A stretch of DNA of 46,872 nucleotides from an uncultured Roseburia sp. (GTDB lineage Bacteria > Bacillota > Clostridia > Lachnospirales > Lachnospiraceae), in assembly GCA_947627165.1 (NCBI GenBank), contig CANQUZ010000001.1:1-46872 (forward strand). Reading direction: 5' to 3'. Position numbers and translations under genes: made by a program. The notes beneath the pieces are model-generated. The model searched no databases. It was not told the DNA's origin and was given only the letters and a program-made list of their open reading frames with translations. Of this stretch, positions 1 through 9,489 are shown piece after piece (positions within the stretch are counted from its first letter, which is position 1; every line of letters begins with the position of its first letter).

Positions 1-1568
1 TCGCCCTTTAAGGTGTAGAGCGTTGATGAGTCCACGACAATCGCATCCGCGTAACTCTCCGCATATTTGCTTAGCTGTCCGTTGTTTACCGACCAATACG
101 CCGTAAAAAAGTCGTTGGCTTTCTGTTCGTCTGCAAAATTCAGATAATAGCGCGCTTTCTCCAAACTGCCTTCCCGATAGTAATAAATGGCAATGGGATT
201 GGAGGCGGAAAGGTAGTCCGTCACATTTGCCATTCCTATCCTATCCGCGTACTGCGTAAGCCCGCTGCTGCTGAAAACGGCGGACACTACGCTGCCGTCC
301 GCCGCGTAGGTTCTGTCCAAAAATTCTTCCGGCACGCTGTAAGCAAGCTGATTCGTCCGGACGGAAAGGGACTCGCCCAATAAAATGTCTTGATTCGAAC
401 TGCCGCTTCCTCCGCGGGAGATATAGGTCCTTCCCGCTAACAGCAGATACGAAAGTCCGGAGAGGTCAAGGGCACTTCCCTCCCCATTAATCATAATGGC
501 ACTGCTGAAATCGGCGTTCACCGGCGATGCCAGTCCGTCGTATTTCTCCTGGAAATTATATCCGTAATAATTTCCCATCAGGTTTACTTTGCTGCCGCTT
601 CCGTTAATCATCAAATCGTCCGCAATATAGCAGTCTCCGTTCAGCGTCAGGGTGGACGGGGTGCCCGTTCCCACCGTGCCGACGTTCTCCGCCCAGATCC
701 GGCTTCTTCCGTCGCCAACGGTCATCGTCGTGCCGTTTCCCGCCAGGATATCTCCCCTGGTCACAATGTTGCTTCCGGATATCTGCGCCGTTGCGCCTGT
801 TGACTCCATGCATCGGATGCCTCCGGCTCCGGCGTAAATGTTTCCGTTCAGCGTAACGCCCGGCACGTCAATCTTTATCATATCGTCCGCCACCAGACCA
901 TATTTCATATAATCCGTAACGCGATAGCTTCCCTTAAAATTCAAATCGGGGGTATGGAATACCATATCGGTAGAAATGGACGTCTCATAGCCTCTGTCGT
1001 CCGTATAGTCCACCTTTACATTGCGCAGCGTAAAAGTCCCCGCCTCATAGTCGCCAAGAAAGGTCGCCTCATCTTCATCGGTTTTTATGTAAACCTGGTT
1101 CGCGCTCTCCGCCATGCCGTCTTTTAAGATGTCCACATTGTAATAGCCGCCGAAAGCCACCCTAGGTGCTTCACCAGGAGGCGTACTTCTATCCGGTGTA
1201 ATTCCATTTTTTCCAGGAACGGTGCTTTGAAATTTTTCTGCCAGATGGTCAATATAATCTCTCGTAAACTGTTTCTGGACGTCACCGCCGCCAACCAGGG
1301 TGGAACGGTAATCCGCCAGAATTGTCGTATACGCTTCCTGCATCGCCGCTGCCGCCGAATCATTTAGCCCTGAGGTCAGATCGTCCACGACTGCTTCCGC
1401 CGAATAAAAATTCTTTTTCCCGGAGAGTTCCACTTCACGCATACGAATATTCGTCCATGTAATCTCCGTCACGATGGATCCCATCGTCAGCACAAAGACA
1501 ATCGCAATCACCACCTGAATCAGTGATGCGCCTCGGTTTTGTCCGCCTGACTGCCTTCTGTCTCCCAT
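1..1568 (-). CDS. Large PilX/PilK-like minor pilin (over 520 aa, 3' end beyond the window edge)
   Basis: Absent from the ORF track because it runs off the edge. Hand translation from ATG 1568 (RBS AGGAG) gives MGDRRQSGGQNRG|ASLIQVVIAIVFVLTMGSIV...NFYSAEA, a class III signal peptide without Glu+5, then Gly/Asn-rich beta-strand repeats. No stop was found in the part translated (to about nt 320). Confidence 0.8.
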   Translation of the reverse strand, partial: MGDRRQSGGQNRGASLIQVVIAIVFVLTMGSIVTEITWTNIRMREVELSGKKNFYSAEAVVDDLTSGLNDSAAAAMQEAYTTILADYRSTLVGGGDVQKQFTRDYIDHLAEKFQSTVPGKNGITPDRSTPPGEAPRVAFGGYYNVDILKDGMAESANQVYIKTDEDEATFLGDYEAGTFTLRNVKVDYTDDRGYETSISTDMVFHTPDLNFKGSYRVTDYMKYGLVADDMIKIDVPGVTLNGNIYAGAGGIRCMESTGATAQISGSNIVTRGDILAGNGTTMTVGDGRSRIWAENVGTVGTGTPSTLTLNGDCYIADDLMINGSGSKVNLMGNYYGYNFQEKYDGLASPVNADFSSAIMINGEGSALDLSGLSYLLLAGRTYISRGGSGSSNQDILLGESLSVRTNQLAYSVPEEFLDRTYAADGSVVSAVFSSSGLTQYADRIGMANVTDYLSASNPIAIYYYREGSLEKARYYLNFADEQKANDFFTAYWSVNNGQLSKYAESYADAIVVDSSTLYTLKG

Positions 1569-1570
1569 GG

Positions 1571-2665
1571 CTACTCTCCTTTCGTCGTCTCAATCTCTGC
1601 TAAAGGGTCCTCCCCGTCCGCATGGCCCTCCTTGTAAACATCCGCCGTTATCGTAAGCAAACGCGCCGGAGTTCCCGCTTCGGTAAGCCCCTCCACCCCG
1701 GTATAAAGCGTAAATCCTGTTTCATCATAGACCTGTCCGGAGGGAACATTGGTATGCACCTTCATTGCCGTGCCAAAATCCCCTGTATCCACACACAGCT
1801 TATAAACGCCCGGCAAATCCGCCGCCTGTTTCTGATACACCAGATGCAGTGACGGAGGGTTCACCATCAACTCCGCTTTCGCGGCGCTGTCAACCTTCAC
1901 GGACACCAAATCCCCGGAAGCTGCCCAGTCATACAGGATATAAATGTTTGCCAGATCTGCGGTTTTCGCGTCCAACAGGTCGGAAGATTTCCGATCTCCC
2001 GCCAGTCCGTCGCAAGTATATTGATAATACACCTCTACGGTATAGTCGCTGCCGTCCTTTCCAATCTCCACACAAATTTCCCTGTTCAGATGGTCTTCCA
2101 CCTGCTCTTTTGCGGTATACGTCCCACCGCCGCCCCGGTTGACCTCCCAGAAATAAGCGATTGCCTCCGTCTTCTGCTGGCGTTCCATGGCGATGACGTC
2201 CGTGGAATCGTTTATCCCATAAATCGCCTGGCGCGGCGTTGCGCCGACAGCGGTTGCGGCGGAAATCGTCACTTCCAAATCGTAGCCGTTTTCCGTCCCG
2301 GCGTAAACGATTTTCCCTGTCCCGTCCGCAGCAAACCGATCTGTCGTCTTAAAGGCATATCCCTTTGATTCAAGGTATGCAGAGGCATACTCCTCGGTTC
2401 CATCCGCCCTTACGGTGTTCTCTACGAGCGGTTTCTCCGCCTTTAGATTCTCCAGCAGCGCCTGCGCCGCAATGGTCGCTTTCTGCTGCTGCGCCATCCG
2501 GAAGCTGTAGCGCATCGATTCTGAGAAATAGTGAAGAAGCGGGACGGAAACTAAGGTGAGAATCGTCATGGAGATGATGACTTCCACTAAGGTGAAGCCC
2601 CCGTTGCAGCTCCTGCCGGTTTCGTTATTCTTAGTTTGTATCTGTTTCCGTGTCCGTATCGGCAT
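1571..2665 (-). CDS. Type IV minor pilin (PilV-like, N-methyl-Phe prepilin motif)
   Basis: G|FTLVEVIISMTILTLVSVPLL prepilin motif. Start uncertain: ATG 2665 preferred, ORF track extends to 2731. Confidence 0.8.
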   Translation of the reverse strand: MPIRTRKQIQTKNNETGRSCNGGFTLVEVIISMTILTLVSVPLLHYFSESMRYSFRMAQQQKATIAAQALLENLKAEKPLVENTVRADGTEEYASAYLESKGYAFKTTDRFAADGTGKIVYAGTENGYDLEVTISAATAVGATPRQAIYGINDSTDVIAMERQQKTEAIAYFWEVNRGGGGTYTAKEQVEDHLNREICVEIGKDGSDYTVEVYYQYTCDGLAGDRKSSDLLDAKTADLANIYILYDWAASGDLVSVKVDSAAKAELMVNPPSLHLVYQKQAADLPGVYKLCVDTGDFGTAMKVHTNVPSGQVYDETGFTLYTGVEGLTEAGTPARLLTITADVYKEGHADGEDPLAEIETTKGE

Positions 2666-3449
2666 CTGTACCGTCGTCCGTGTCCTCTTGATCATTTTCC
2701 GAATCACTCTCCTGACTATCGCTAGAAACAACCCTGCCGACGCCGGATTTAAAGATATCCGATACGCCCTTGCCTATTCCAGACAATTTCGGTTCCTCAT
2801 ACTCTCTGCCGGTTTCCGTCAGATAGTACAGATTGACCGTCATCGTCCCTGTCAGTTTTCCCGTCTCGCTGTCATAAGCTGCTGAAATTGCCGGTATCGT
2901 TGCCCGGTCTTGCAGTTCCGGAACATAATCCGCCAGTTTTTTCAGGCTGTCATACCCCGCCGCATAATTCATGGTGAGGGAGGCATAATAGCCTTTCGGC
3001 TCATTCGACGGAGCCGCCGCCTGTTCGGTCTGCTCCTGCGCTTCCCCGCCCTCCGCGGTTTCGGCAGTCCCGGCAGTCATTCCCGAAAAATCCAACAGCA
3101 AGTTATCCATAACAAAATTAATATCCAGCACTTCGATGCCCGTGGCGTTTTCCATATCCTGAACGACTGTAATCGCTTTCTCGACCGTCATCGCCGGAGG
3201 GTATTTTGCTGTAATCTCCTCCACGTTCTGCTTTGCCTCTACCGTCCGCGCTTCCACTTCTGCCTGACGATTTACCATCGTCTCCAACTGGGCAATCATT
3301 GCGCTTTTTTCAGCGTTGTCCTTTTCAATCGCCTCCGCCGCCGTCACGTTTCTGCGGAATCCGATAAAGTACGCCCCAACAAATAAAATCAATGCCAGCA
3401 ATAGCAGCAACAGCCTTTTTTCCGAATCTGATAACCGTAATTTTTTCAT
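2631..3449 (-). CDS. pilO: PilO-like type IV pilus alignment protein
   Basis: N-terminal LSDSEKRLL plus one TM helix, coiled coil, ferredoxin-like C-terminal pattern, position after pilMN. Start 3449 or 3461. Confidence 0.65.
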   Translation of the reverse strand: MKKLRLSDSEKRLLLLLLALILFVGAYFIGFRRNVTAAEAIEKDNAEKSAMIAQLETMVNRQAEVEARTVEAKQNVEEITAKYPPAMTVEKAITVVQDMENATGIEVLDINFVMDNLLLDFSGMTAGTAETAEGGEAQEQTEQAAAPSNEPKGYYASLTMNYAAGYDSLKKLADYVPELQDRATIPAISAAYDSETGKLTGTMTVNLYYLTETGREYEEPKLSGIGKGVSDIFKSGVGRVVSSDSQESDSENDQEDTDDGTDADTDTETDTN

Positions 3450-3463
3450 CTTTCCTCTCATTC

Positions 3464-3484
3464 CGCCGCCGCAGGCGGCTTTTC
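3464..3484. other. GC-rich intergenic hairpin between pilMN and pilO
   Basis: gccgcc-gca-ggcggc followed by tttt on the + strand. Confidence 0.5.
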
Positions 3485-3505
3485 CATCCTGGCCAGAAAT
3501 TTTTC

Positions 3506-5164
3506 CTACTCAGCCGTCTTTTCAGACGCTTCCTCTGTCTCCATTGTCTCTGTCTCCTCCGCCTCTGTCTCCTCCGGCTCGACATAGGACGCCGTAAGAG
3601 AAAACTGCCAGAGTTTATTTCCCGCCGCGTCTTCCCCTTCTATGATTGCCGGCAGGGAGACGCCGTCTAAAAACGGTATGTCTTTTAAATTCATGAGAAG
3701 CTGCGCCGCCGTCAATTTATCCGGGCTCGCCAAACTCAGCGTAATGGAGGAACCCACCACAGACAGGCTCTGCACGGTGACAGACGACGGAAGGTTTTCT
3801 TCCAACTGCGCCATCAGCTCTCCCATCCTTTCATTATCCGTCCTGGTCAGCGCGTCAAACGCCATGTACTGCGCTTCTTTTAATGTCATCTCCTGATTTT
3901 CATTGAAAATCTCCTGCACATAAGAAAGCTCCTCGATTCTCCGTTTGAGGCGTTCATGCTCCGTAATCGCCACCACATAGCGCATCACACCCGTTGTTAT
4001 CAAAGCCGCGCTGACAACCGCAGTGCCAAAGAAGATGATTCCCGTAGACTTGCGGGTTTTCTTCTTGCTCTCTTTTTCGCGCATTTCCTTTGACTTAATG
4101 GTGAGCGGGCGCAGCGTCGCACCAAATGCCGCCGCAAAATCCGCCCCCGCCACTTCTTTGGAGCTTAAGCGCTTGGAGTAACGCAGAAGCGATTTATAAT
4201 TGACCTCTGCATACTCTACCGGTATCTCTTCGCGGAACACCTGCGCAAGTCCGGCGATTTTAGCGCCGCTGCCGATTAGATAAAATTTTCCGCGCAAATC
4301 CTGTTTTGACTGTGTCTTATAATATTCCAATGCGGTCATCACGACTCTCGTCTGATAATTCAGCACATCCGCTATATCCGCATACGCTTCCGCTTTCCTC
4401 TCCTCGTCCGTCCCCGGCTCCGGCTCTCCCAAGTCGGTGTGCAGAATGTCGTGTTCCACAAGGTAGTCAAACGCCTCATACTCGTTGTCGATGCCCAGCA
4501 CCCCATGATCCATCACCGCTGACATTACCATGCTGTAGCCGTTGGGGGCGACACGCTGGAACACCAGGTTATTGCTGGAGAACACGCTGACAATCGTCTC
4601 GCTCTCCTCCAGTTGTACGACAATGCCGTCTTCTTTAAAATACGTATCGACAAATGATGTGATACTGTTTCCAATATAGTCAAATCCCTCAATGGTAAAA
4701 CCGGCGGACTCCGCAAAGGAAATGTAGTTGGAAAGCAGATTATCCGGCACTGCAATCAGCAGAACCCGCATAAAAATCCCTTCGTCGGAATACGCCTCAT
4801 ACATTTTCCGGTAGGAAATGCTGCATCCGGAAATATCCATGGGGAAATACTCTTTCGCCTGAGTCTGCACGATTCCCTCTAACTGTTTCTCTTTCAGCAC
4901 AGGAAGGGAAATCTCCCTGGTAATGACCTTCGTGGAATTAATGTTAAAAAAGAGTCCCCTGTCCGCTATCTGCCGCTTTGCCAGCTCTTCCTTTAACGCC
5001 TGGGCAAACCCCTCTTTGTCCCGGATATAGCCGTCCTCCACAGAATGCTCCGGCGTGCGGAAACTAAACATATCATATATCTGAGGCGCCTTTTTTCCGT
5101 ATTCGGTACAGACAACCTTTGTCCACCATATTCCCAATTCAATGCTAATTACTCTCTTCGCCAT
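3506..5164 (-). CDS. pilMN: Fused PilM-PilN type IV pilus assembly protein
   Basis: N-terminal actin-like PilM motifs (ISIELG..TKVV, LIGSGAKIAGL), then a TM helix and a PilN-like domain (LEENLPSSVTVQSLS). Confidence 0.85.
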   Translation of the reverse strand: MAKRVISIELGIWWTKVVCTEYGKKAPQIYDMFSFRTPEHSVEDGYIRDKEGFAQALKEELAKRQIADRGLFFNINSTKVITREISLPVLKEKQLEGIVQTQAKEYFPMDISGCSISYRKMYEAYSDEGIFMRVLLIAVPDNLLSNYISFAESAGFTIEGFDYIGNSITSFVDTYFKEDGIVVQLEESETIVSVFSSNNLVFQRVAPNGYSMVMSAVMDHGVLGIDNEYEAFDYLVEHDILHTDLGEPEPGTDEERKAEAYADIADVLNYQTRVVMTALEYYKTQSKQDLRGKFYLIGSGAKIAGLAQVFREEIPVEYAEVNYKSLLRYSKRLSSKEVAGADFAAAFGATLRPLTIKSKEMREKESKKKTRKSTGIIFFGTAVVSAALITTGVMRYVVAITEHERLKRRIEELSYVQEIFNENQEMTLKEAQYMAFDALTRTDNERMGELMAQLEENLPSSVTVQSLSVVGSSITLSLASPDKLTAAQLLMNLKDIPFLDGVSLPAIIEGEDAAGNKLWQFSLTASYVEPEETEAEETETMETEEASEKTAE

Positions 5165-5254
5165 TTCTCTCTCCTTTTTCTGCTTGCTCCCTCACTCCAG
5201 AAAGACGTTTTCCACGTCCAAAGACGACGTCTTCCACGAGTCAGGGGACAATGC

Positions 5255-6031
5255 TTACGAAAGCCCCAACATTCCGAAATACCAGCCGAACATCCGCTCC
5301 CCAAAGAGCGCGGCAATCAATATGCCTGCCGACAGGTACGGTCCCATGGCGAGCATCCGCTCCGCCCCGGAAATCTTCATCCTCGCCAGATGGATGACGG
5401 AACCTAAGATACAGCCCAAAAAGAACGCCAAAACGATGTCGCGGACGCCTACTATCAGCCCCGCCGCAGCCATGAGCTTCACGTCCCCTCCGCCAATCGC
5501 CCTGCCGCCTGAAATCCGATACAAAAGATAAAGCGCCATTGAAACGCTGACTAACCCAAGCAAATGCCCCGTCAGCAGAGCAACGTTCTGCATAACATCT
5601 AAGACACAAGCAGCAATTCCTAACATGAGCAGGACTACATTGCAGGAAATTGGAATTTCATAGGTACGTTCATCAATGACGCTGATTACCAAAAGGACAG
5701 ATGCCATCAGGCAAAACAGGACACTCTTTAGATTGACGCCGTTCACCAGGAAGATGAACACATACAAGGCGCCGTTTGCCGCTTCCACCAGCGGGTACTG
5801 CGCCGAAATCTTCGCACCGCAATAACGGCATCTGCCTTTCAGCAGCAAATAGGAAAAGACAGGAATCAAATCCTGCCAGCGCAGCCTACTCCCACACGCC
5901 ATGCAGTGGGAGCCTGGCATAAGGCTTTCTTTTGTCGGAATCCGTAAGATACAGACGTTTAAAAAACTGCCAATCACGATTCCGTAAAGAAATATGGAAC
6001 TGTAAAACAGAAGCGTAACCAACGCTGACAT
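5255..6031 (-). CDS. pilD: Prepilin peptidase/N-methyltransferase (A24A)
   Basis: GSFLNV, CxxC...CxxC zinc motifs, catalytic ID and GGGDVKL, MGPYL. Confidence 0.95.
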   Translation of the reverse strand: MSALVTLLFYSSIFLYGIVIGSFLNVCILRIPTKESLMPGSHCMACGSRLRWQDLIPVFSYLLLKGRCRYCGAKISAQYPLVEAANGALYVFIFLVNGVNLKSVLFCLMASVLLVISVIDERTYEIPISCNVVLLMLGIAACVLDVMQNVALLTGHLLGLVSVSMALYLLYRISGGRAIGGGDVKLMAAAGLIVGVRDIVLAFFLGCILGSVIHLARMKISGAERMLAMGPYLSAGILIAALFGERMFGWYFGMLGLS

Positions 6032-6062
6032 AAGCGCCTCCTTTTCTCTTCTTTGCTTTCCC

Positions 6063-6542
6063 TCAGATTTTGGAGACTATCGGATCAAAAAGATCCGTCA
6101 TTGTTTCATCGGAAAGCCCATAGGCATAGATGGTGATTTCACGATTTGTCAGATTCAGCAGGATGCCGACAAATGTGAGTTCCCTGCCAGGCTTTGAACT
6201 CATCGCCGCTTTCAAGGCGCTCAGATTCTCAAAGCCTGACAGTTCCATGAAGGTCTGATACCAGCTTTTCTCCGGATCTCTTCTGTATCCTCCGCCGGGG
6301 GTGTCGTCAAAGTAGATTAGGTTGTCATAGTCTGTCGGAAACAGCTCCGCATGAAGTTCGTATGCAGATACTGCCGCAGTCGCGAGACTGCCCAAAATTT
6401 CTCTGTCCTTTGTCTCCCTGGCGCTGTTGATATAGAAAATGGACTGCACTCCGACAATCCCCGCTAAAACTGCCATGATTGCCACGACAATGATCACCTC
6501 TACCAGAGAAAACCCTTTTGTATCAACCTTTCTTCTTTCCAT
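6063..6542 (-). CDS. Type IV pilin (second paralog)
   Basis: KG|FSLVEVIIVVAIMAVLAGI; the N-terminal about 55 aa parallel those of the upstream pilin. Confidence 0.9.
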   Translation of the reverse strand: MERRKVDTKGFSLVEVIIVVAIMAVLAGIVGVQSIFYINSARETKDREILGSLATAAVSAYELHAELFPTDYDNLIYFDDTPGGGYRRDPEKSWYQTFMELSGFENLSALKAAMSSKPGRELTFVGILLNLTNREITIYAYGLSDETMTDLFDPIVSKI

Positions 6543-6617
6543 TGCTCAGGCCCCCTCTTTGCAAGCTCCAACTTCCCTCTATATGGAAATCTTCCAATAT
6601 CCGCGTTGTTTAGAGGA

Positions 6618-7091
6618 TTATAACTGGGATACAACCGGATCAAGAGTAGTTCCAGTGGCTGTTACTGTCAATGTGCGCGCCCCGGTAGCAGGAGTAGAAA
6701 CTATAATTTCAATAGCACTAACCTTCGTTTTTATTTGGTCACTGCTTCCAGCTCCTTTCAATAAAGGCAGTGTATTATAACTTATAAGAGTTTTCACATC
6801 ATCCTGCCATGCCTTTATCGCAGCATCAGCCTCATCTGTATAAAGATCTGTTACAGTAAACCCAGCGGTTGGAAGATCCTCTACATTCTCTGTATAAGCC
6901 GTTACTGCCGCCGTGCTGATTGCGCTTAACAGCTCCCTGTCTTTTGCCTCCCTCGCACGATTTAAGTACGGAACTGCCTGTGTGCCCACAATTCCTACCA
7001 TGATTGCCATGATTGCCATTACAATAATAAGCTCTACTAAAGAGAAACCTTTATTGTCCGTTCTTTTCTGTTTCATTTCCGCTGTCTTCAT
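6618..7091 (-). CDS. pilA: Type IV pilin, probable major pilin
   Basis: KG|FSLVELIIVMAIMAIMVGI; strong RBS GGAAAGGAG before ATG 7091; stem-loops on both sides. Confidence 0.88.
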   Translation of the reverse strand: MKTAEMKQKRTDNKGFSLVELIIVMAIMAIMVGIVGTQAVPYLNRAREAKDRELLSAISTAAVTAYTENVEDLPTAGFTVTDLYTDEADAAIKAWQDDVKTLISYNTLPLLKGAGSSDQIKTKVSAIEIIVSTPATGARTLTVTATGTTLDPVVSQL

Positions 7092-7189
7092 ATTACTTTC
7101 TCCTTTCCTGCACTCCGCTTTTCTTTTCATATTTGCGGCTTTCCGTCGGAAAGCCGATCCCCCCTTGACCAGGGGCTTTGGGTTTCCAT

Positions 7190-8395
7190 TTAGAACTGAC
7201 TGTTCATGCTAAACATCGGCAGCATGATTGCTAAGATAATCGGCACCACCAACATCGCCATCACAACGATGATCATAGGTTCCAACGCCGCCACAAGAGC
7301 CTGCGTCGCCATCTCGACTTCCTCGTCATAATAGTCGGAAATCTTATCTAACATCTCTTCCATGTTACCTGTTTCTTCCCCGATGCGTATCATATGATAA
7401 ACCATAGGAGGGAACACTCCGCTCCGCTCTAATGGTATCGATAGGGAAACACCCTCGCTCACCTCCTTTTGCGCGCTCTTAAGCGCCTCTCTTACAACAG
7501 CGTTCTTAATGGTCTTTTCTATAATGCCAATGGAATCCACCATGGAAATGCCGGACGCCATCAACGTGCTTAAGGTCCTCGCCAAACTCGCGCTGGAAGA
7601 TTTGATGGTCAAATTTCCAAACAGCGGCAGCGTCAGACCTAATTGCCCGAAAAACATTGCGCCGCGCTCCGTCCGTTTCAGTTCATGAACGAAAAAGCCG
7701 ACTGCCACGCCTCCCCCTAAGAGAAAGTACCAGCTATGTACAAAAAAATCGCTGGTCGCCATCACCGCCCTTGTAATCCAGGGAAGCTGTATCCCAAGAT
7801 CTGCAAAGGTCTCTGTGAAGGTGGGTACAATCTTAATCATCATAATCGCCACTACGGCGATAATTACAATAATCAAAATAATCGGATATACCATGGACTT
7901 CTTCACCAAACCCGCCAGGTGAGAATCCTTTTCGTATTGTCTTGCGACCCGGTCAAAGGCGACGTCTAAACTACCGGACGCCTCGCCCGCCGCTATCATG
8001 TGTATCATCAACTCCGGAAAGATTTTGGGATGCTGTCCCATTGCCTCCGCTAAGGTCTCGCCCCTCTGCACCGTATCCCGCACCTCTTCGATTGCCGTCC
8101 GAAACGCCCGGTTCGGGGTCTGCTTCGCTAACATGGAGAGCGCTTCCATTACGGTAACGCCGGCGTTTAACACGCTCTGGAACTGGCGGCAGAAGATGCT
8201 TAATTCCCTGGGTTTTACCGCCTTGCCAATGCTGATGTTTAAGTCCTTGTTCAATGCGCTGGCCAAATCCACAGAAACAATGAGGTTGCCGCCCGCCCGA
8301 AGCTCCGTAATCGCCGCTTCGCGGCTCGCCGCCTCTATGGTGCCTTTCCGGTCTTTGCCGTCCGGCTGTACAACTTCAAATTTGTAGCTTGCCAT
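7190..8395 (-). CDS. pilC: Type IV pilus platform protein (T2SSF family)
   Basis: Two T2SSF repeats (AGEASGSLD; IGEETGNMEEML), MVYP and LEP motifs. Confidence 0.95.
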   Translation of the reverse strand: MASYKFEVVQPDGKDRKGTIEAASREAAITELRAGGNLIVSVDLASALNKDLNISIGKAVKPRELSIFCRQFQSVLNAGVTVMEALSMLAKQTPNRAFRTAIEEVRDTVQRGETLAEAMGQHPKIFPELMIHMIAAGEASGSLDVAFDRVARQYEKDSHLAGLVKKSMVYPIILIIVIIAVVAIMMIKIVPTFTETFADLGIQLPWITRAVMATSDFFVHSWYFLLGGGVAVGFFVHELKRTERGAMFFGQLGLTLPLFGNLTIKSSSASLARTLSTLMASGISMVDSIGIIEKTIKNAVVREALKSAQKEVSEGVSLSIPLERSGVFPPMVYHMIRIGEETGNMEEMLDKISDYYDEEVEMATQALVAALEPMIIVVMAMLVVPIILAIMLPMFSMNSQF

Positions 8396-8418
8396 GTCCT
8401 AATCCGTCCTTCCAGATA

Positions 8419-9480
8419 TCAATACATTTTTTCCTGCATTGCCACGGGGTCTACCGCATATTCCACTGCCTTGGAAGCCTCTATCTTATGCTTTAAGTAC
8501 AGGTCAAACAGCGCGTCGTCCATCGTCTGCATTCCCAGCTTCTTGCTGGTCTGGATGATGGATTCTATCTGATGGGTCTTGCCCTCCCGGATTAGATTCT
8601 TAATCGCCGGAGATCCGTGCATGACTTCAAACGCCGCCACGCGCCCCCTGCCGTTTGCCGTCGGAAGCAGCTGCTGGGAAACTACGCATTCCAACACGGT
8701 TGCCAGCTGCACCCTTATCTGTGTCTGCTGGTGGGGCGGAAATACGTCAATGATACGGTCAATCGTGGGCGCCGCTCCAATGGTATGCAGGGTGGAGAAT
8801 ACCAGGTGTCCCGTCTCCGCCGCTGTTATGGCGGTGGAAATCGTATCCAGATCCCTCATCTCCCCTACCAGAACGATGTCCGGATCCTCACGCAGGGCAG
8901 CCCTTAAGGCGTTTGCGTAGGATAACGTGTCCAGTCCAATCTCCCTCTGGTTGACCACCGCCATCTTGTGGTTGTGCAGGTACTCGATTGGGTCCTCCAG
9001 AGTGATTACGTGTACATTTTTACTTTTATTGACGATGTCAATCAAGGACGCAAGGCTTGTGGACTTACCGCTTCCGGTGGGTCCTGTCACAAGCACCAAG
9101 CCTCGTTTTCTTTTGGTCAGCTCCACTACAGACGGCGGCAGCCCAAGCGCTTCCGCCGACGGGATGGTCGTCGCCACCAGACGAAGGACTGCGGCGTAGG
9201 AACCGCGCTGTTTAAATACATTGACACGGAAACGCCCCAAATCCGGTATGGAGTAGGCGAAATCCACCTCCCCAAACTCTTCAATGATCGCCCTCTGGCG
9301 ATCCCCAAGCATGGAATCCATCAGCGTCTTAGCGACGTCCGGAGTAATCCGGTCAAACTCTTCCATCTCGGAAAGCTCGCCGTGGTCACGGCATTTCGGG
9401 CGGATCCCGACGGTAATATGTAAATCGGATGCGTCTCTTTCCTTTGCCACTGCTAAAAGATTTTTTATCGTAGTCTCCAT
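8419..9480 (-). CDS. pilT: Type IV pilus retraction ATPase
   Basis: GPTGSGKST, TLEDPIE, LREDPD, GHLVFSTLH, AIKNLIRE (AIRNLIRE-like). Confidence 0.96.
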   Translation of the reverse strand: METTIKNLLAVAKERDASDLHITVGIRPKCRDHGELSEMEEFDRITPDVAKTLMDSMLGDRQRAIIEEFGEVDFAYSIPDLGRFRVNVFKQRGSYAAVLRLVATTIPSAEALGLPPSVVELTKRKRGLVLVTGPTGSGKSTSLASLIDIVNKSKNVHVITLEDPIEYLHNHKMAVVNQREIGLDTLSYANALRAALREDPDIVLVGEMRDLDTISTAITAAETGHLVFSTLHTIGAAPTIDRIIDVFPPHQQTQIRVQLATVLECVVSQQLLPTANGRGRVAAFEVMHGSPAIKNLIREGKTHQIESIIQTSKKLGMQTMDDALFDLYLKHKIEASKAVEYAVDPVAMQEKMY

Positions 9481-9489
9481 GGTTCCCCT

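Noticed and set aside
3506-5164. PilM-PilN fusion as a novelty
   Set aside because: A pilMN fusion is already known from clostridial type IV pilus loci such as C. difficile.
5200-5238. Short imperfect direct repeat aaagacg...ttccacg between pilD and pilMN
   Set aside because: Only two degenerate units; no support for a function.
7092-7189. c-di-GMP riboswitch upstream of the pilin, as in C. difficile pilA1
   Set aside because: Hairpins are present, but neither class I nor class II conserved motifs can be recognised.
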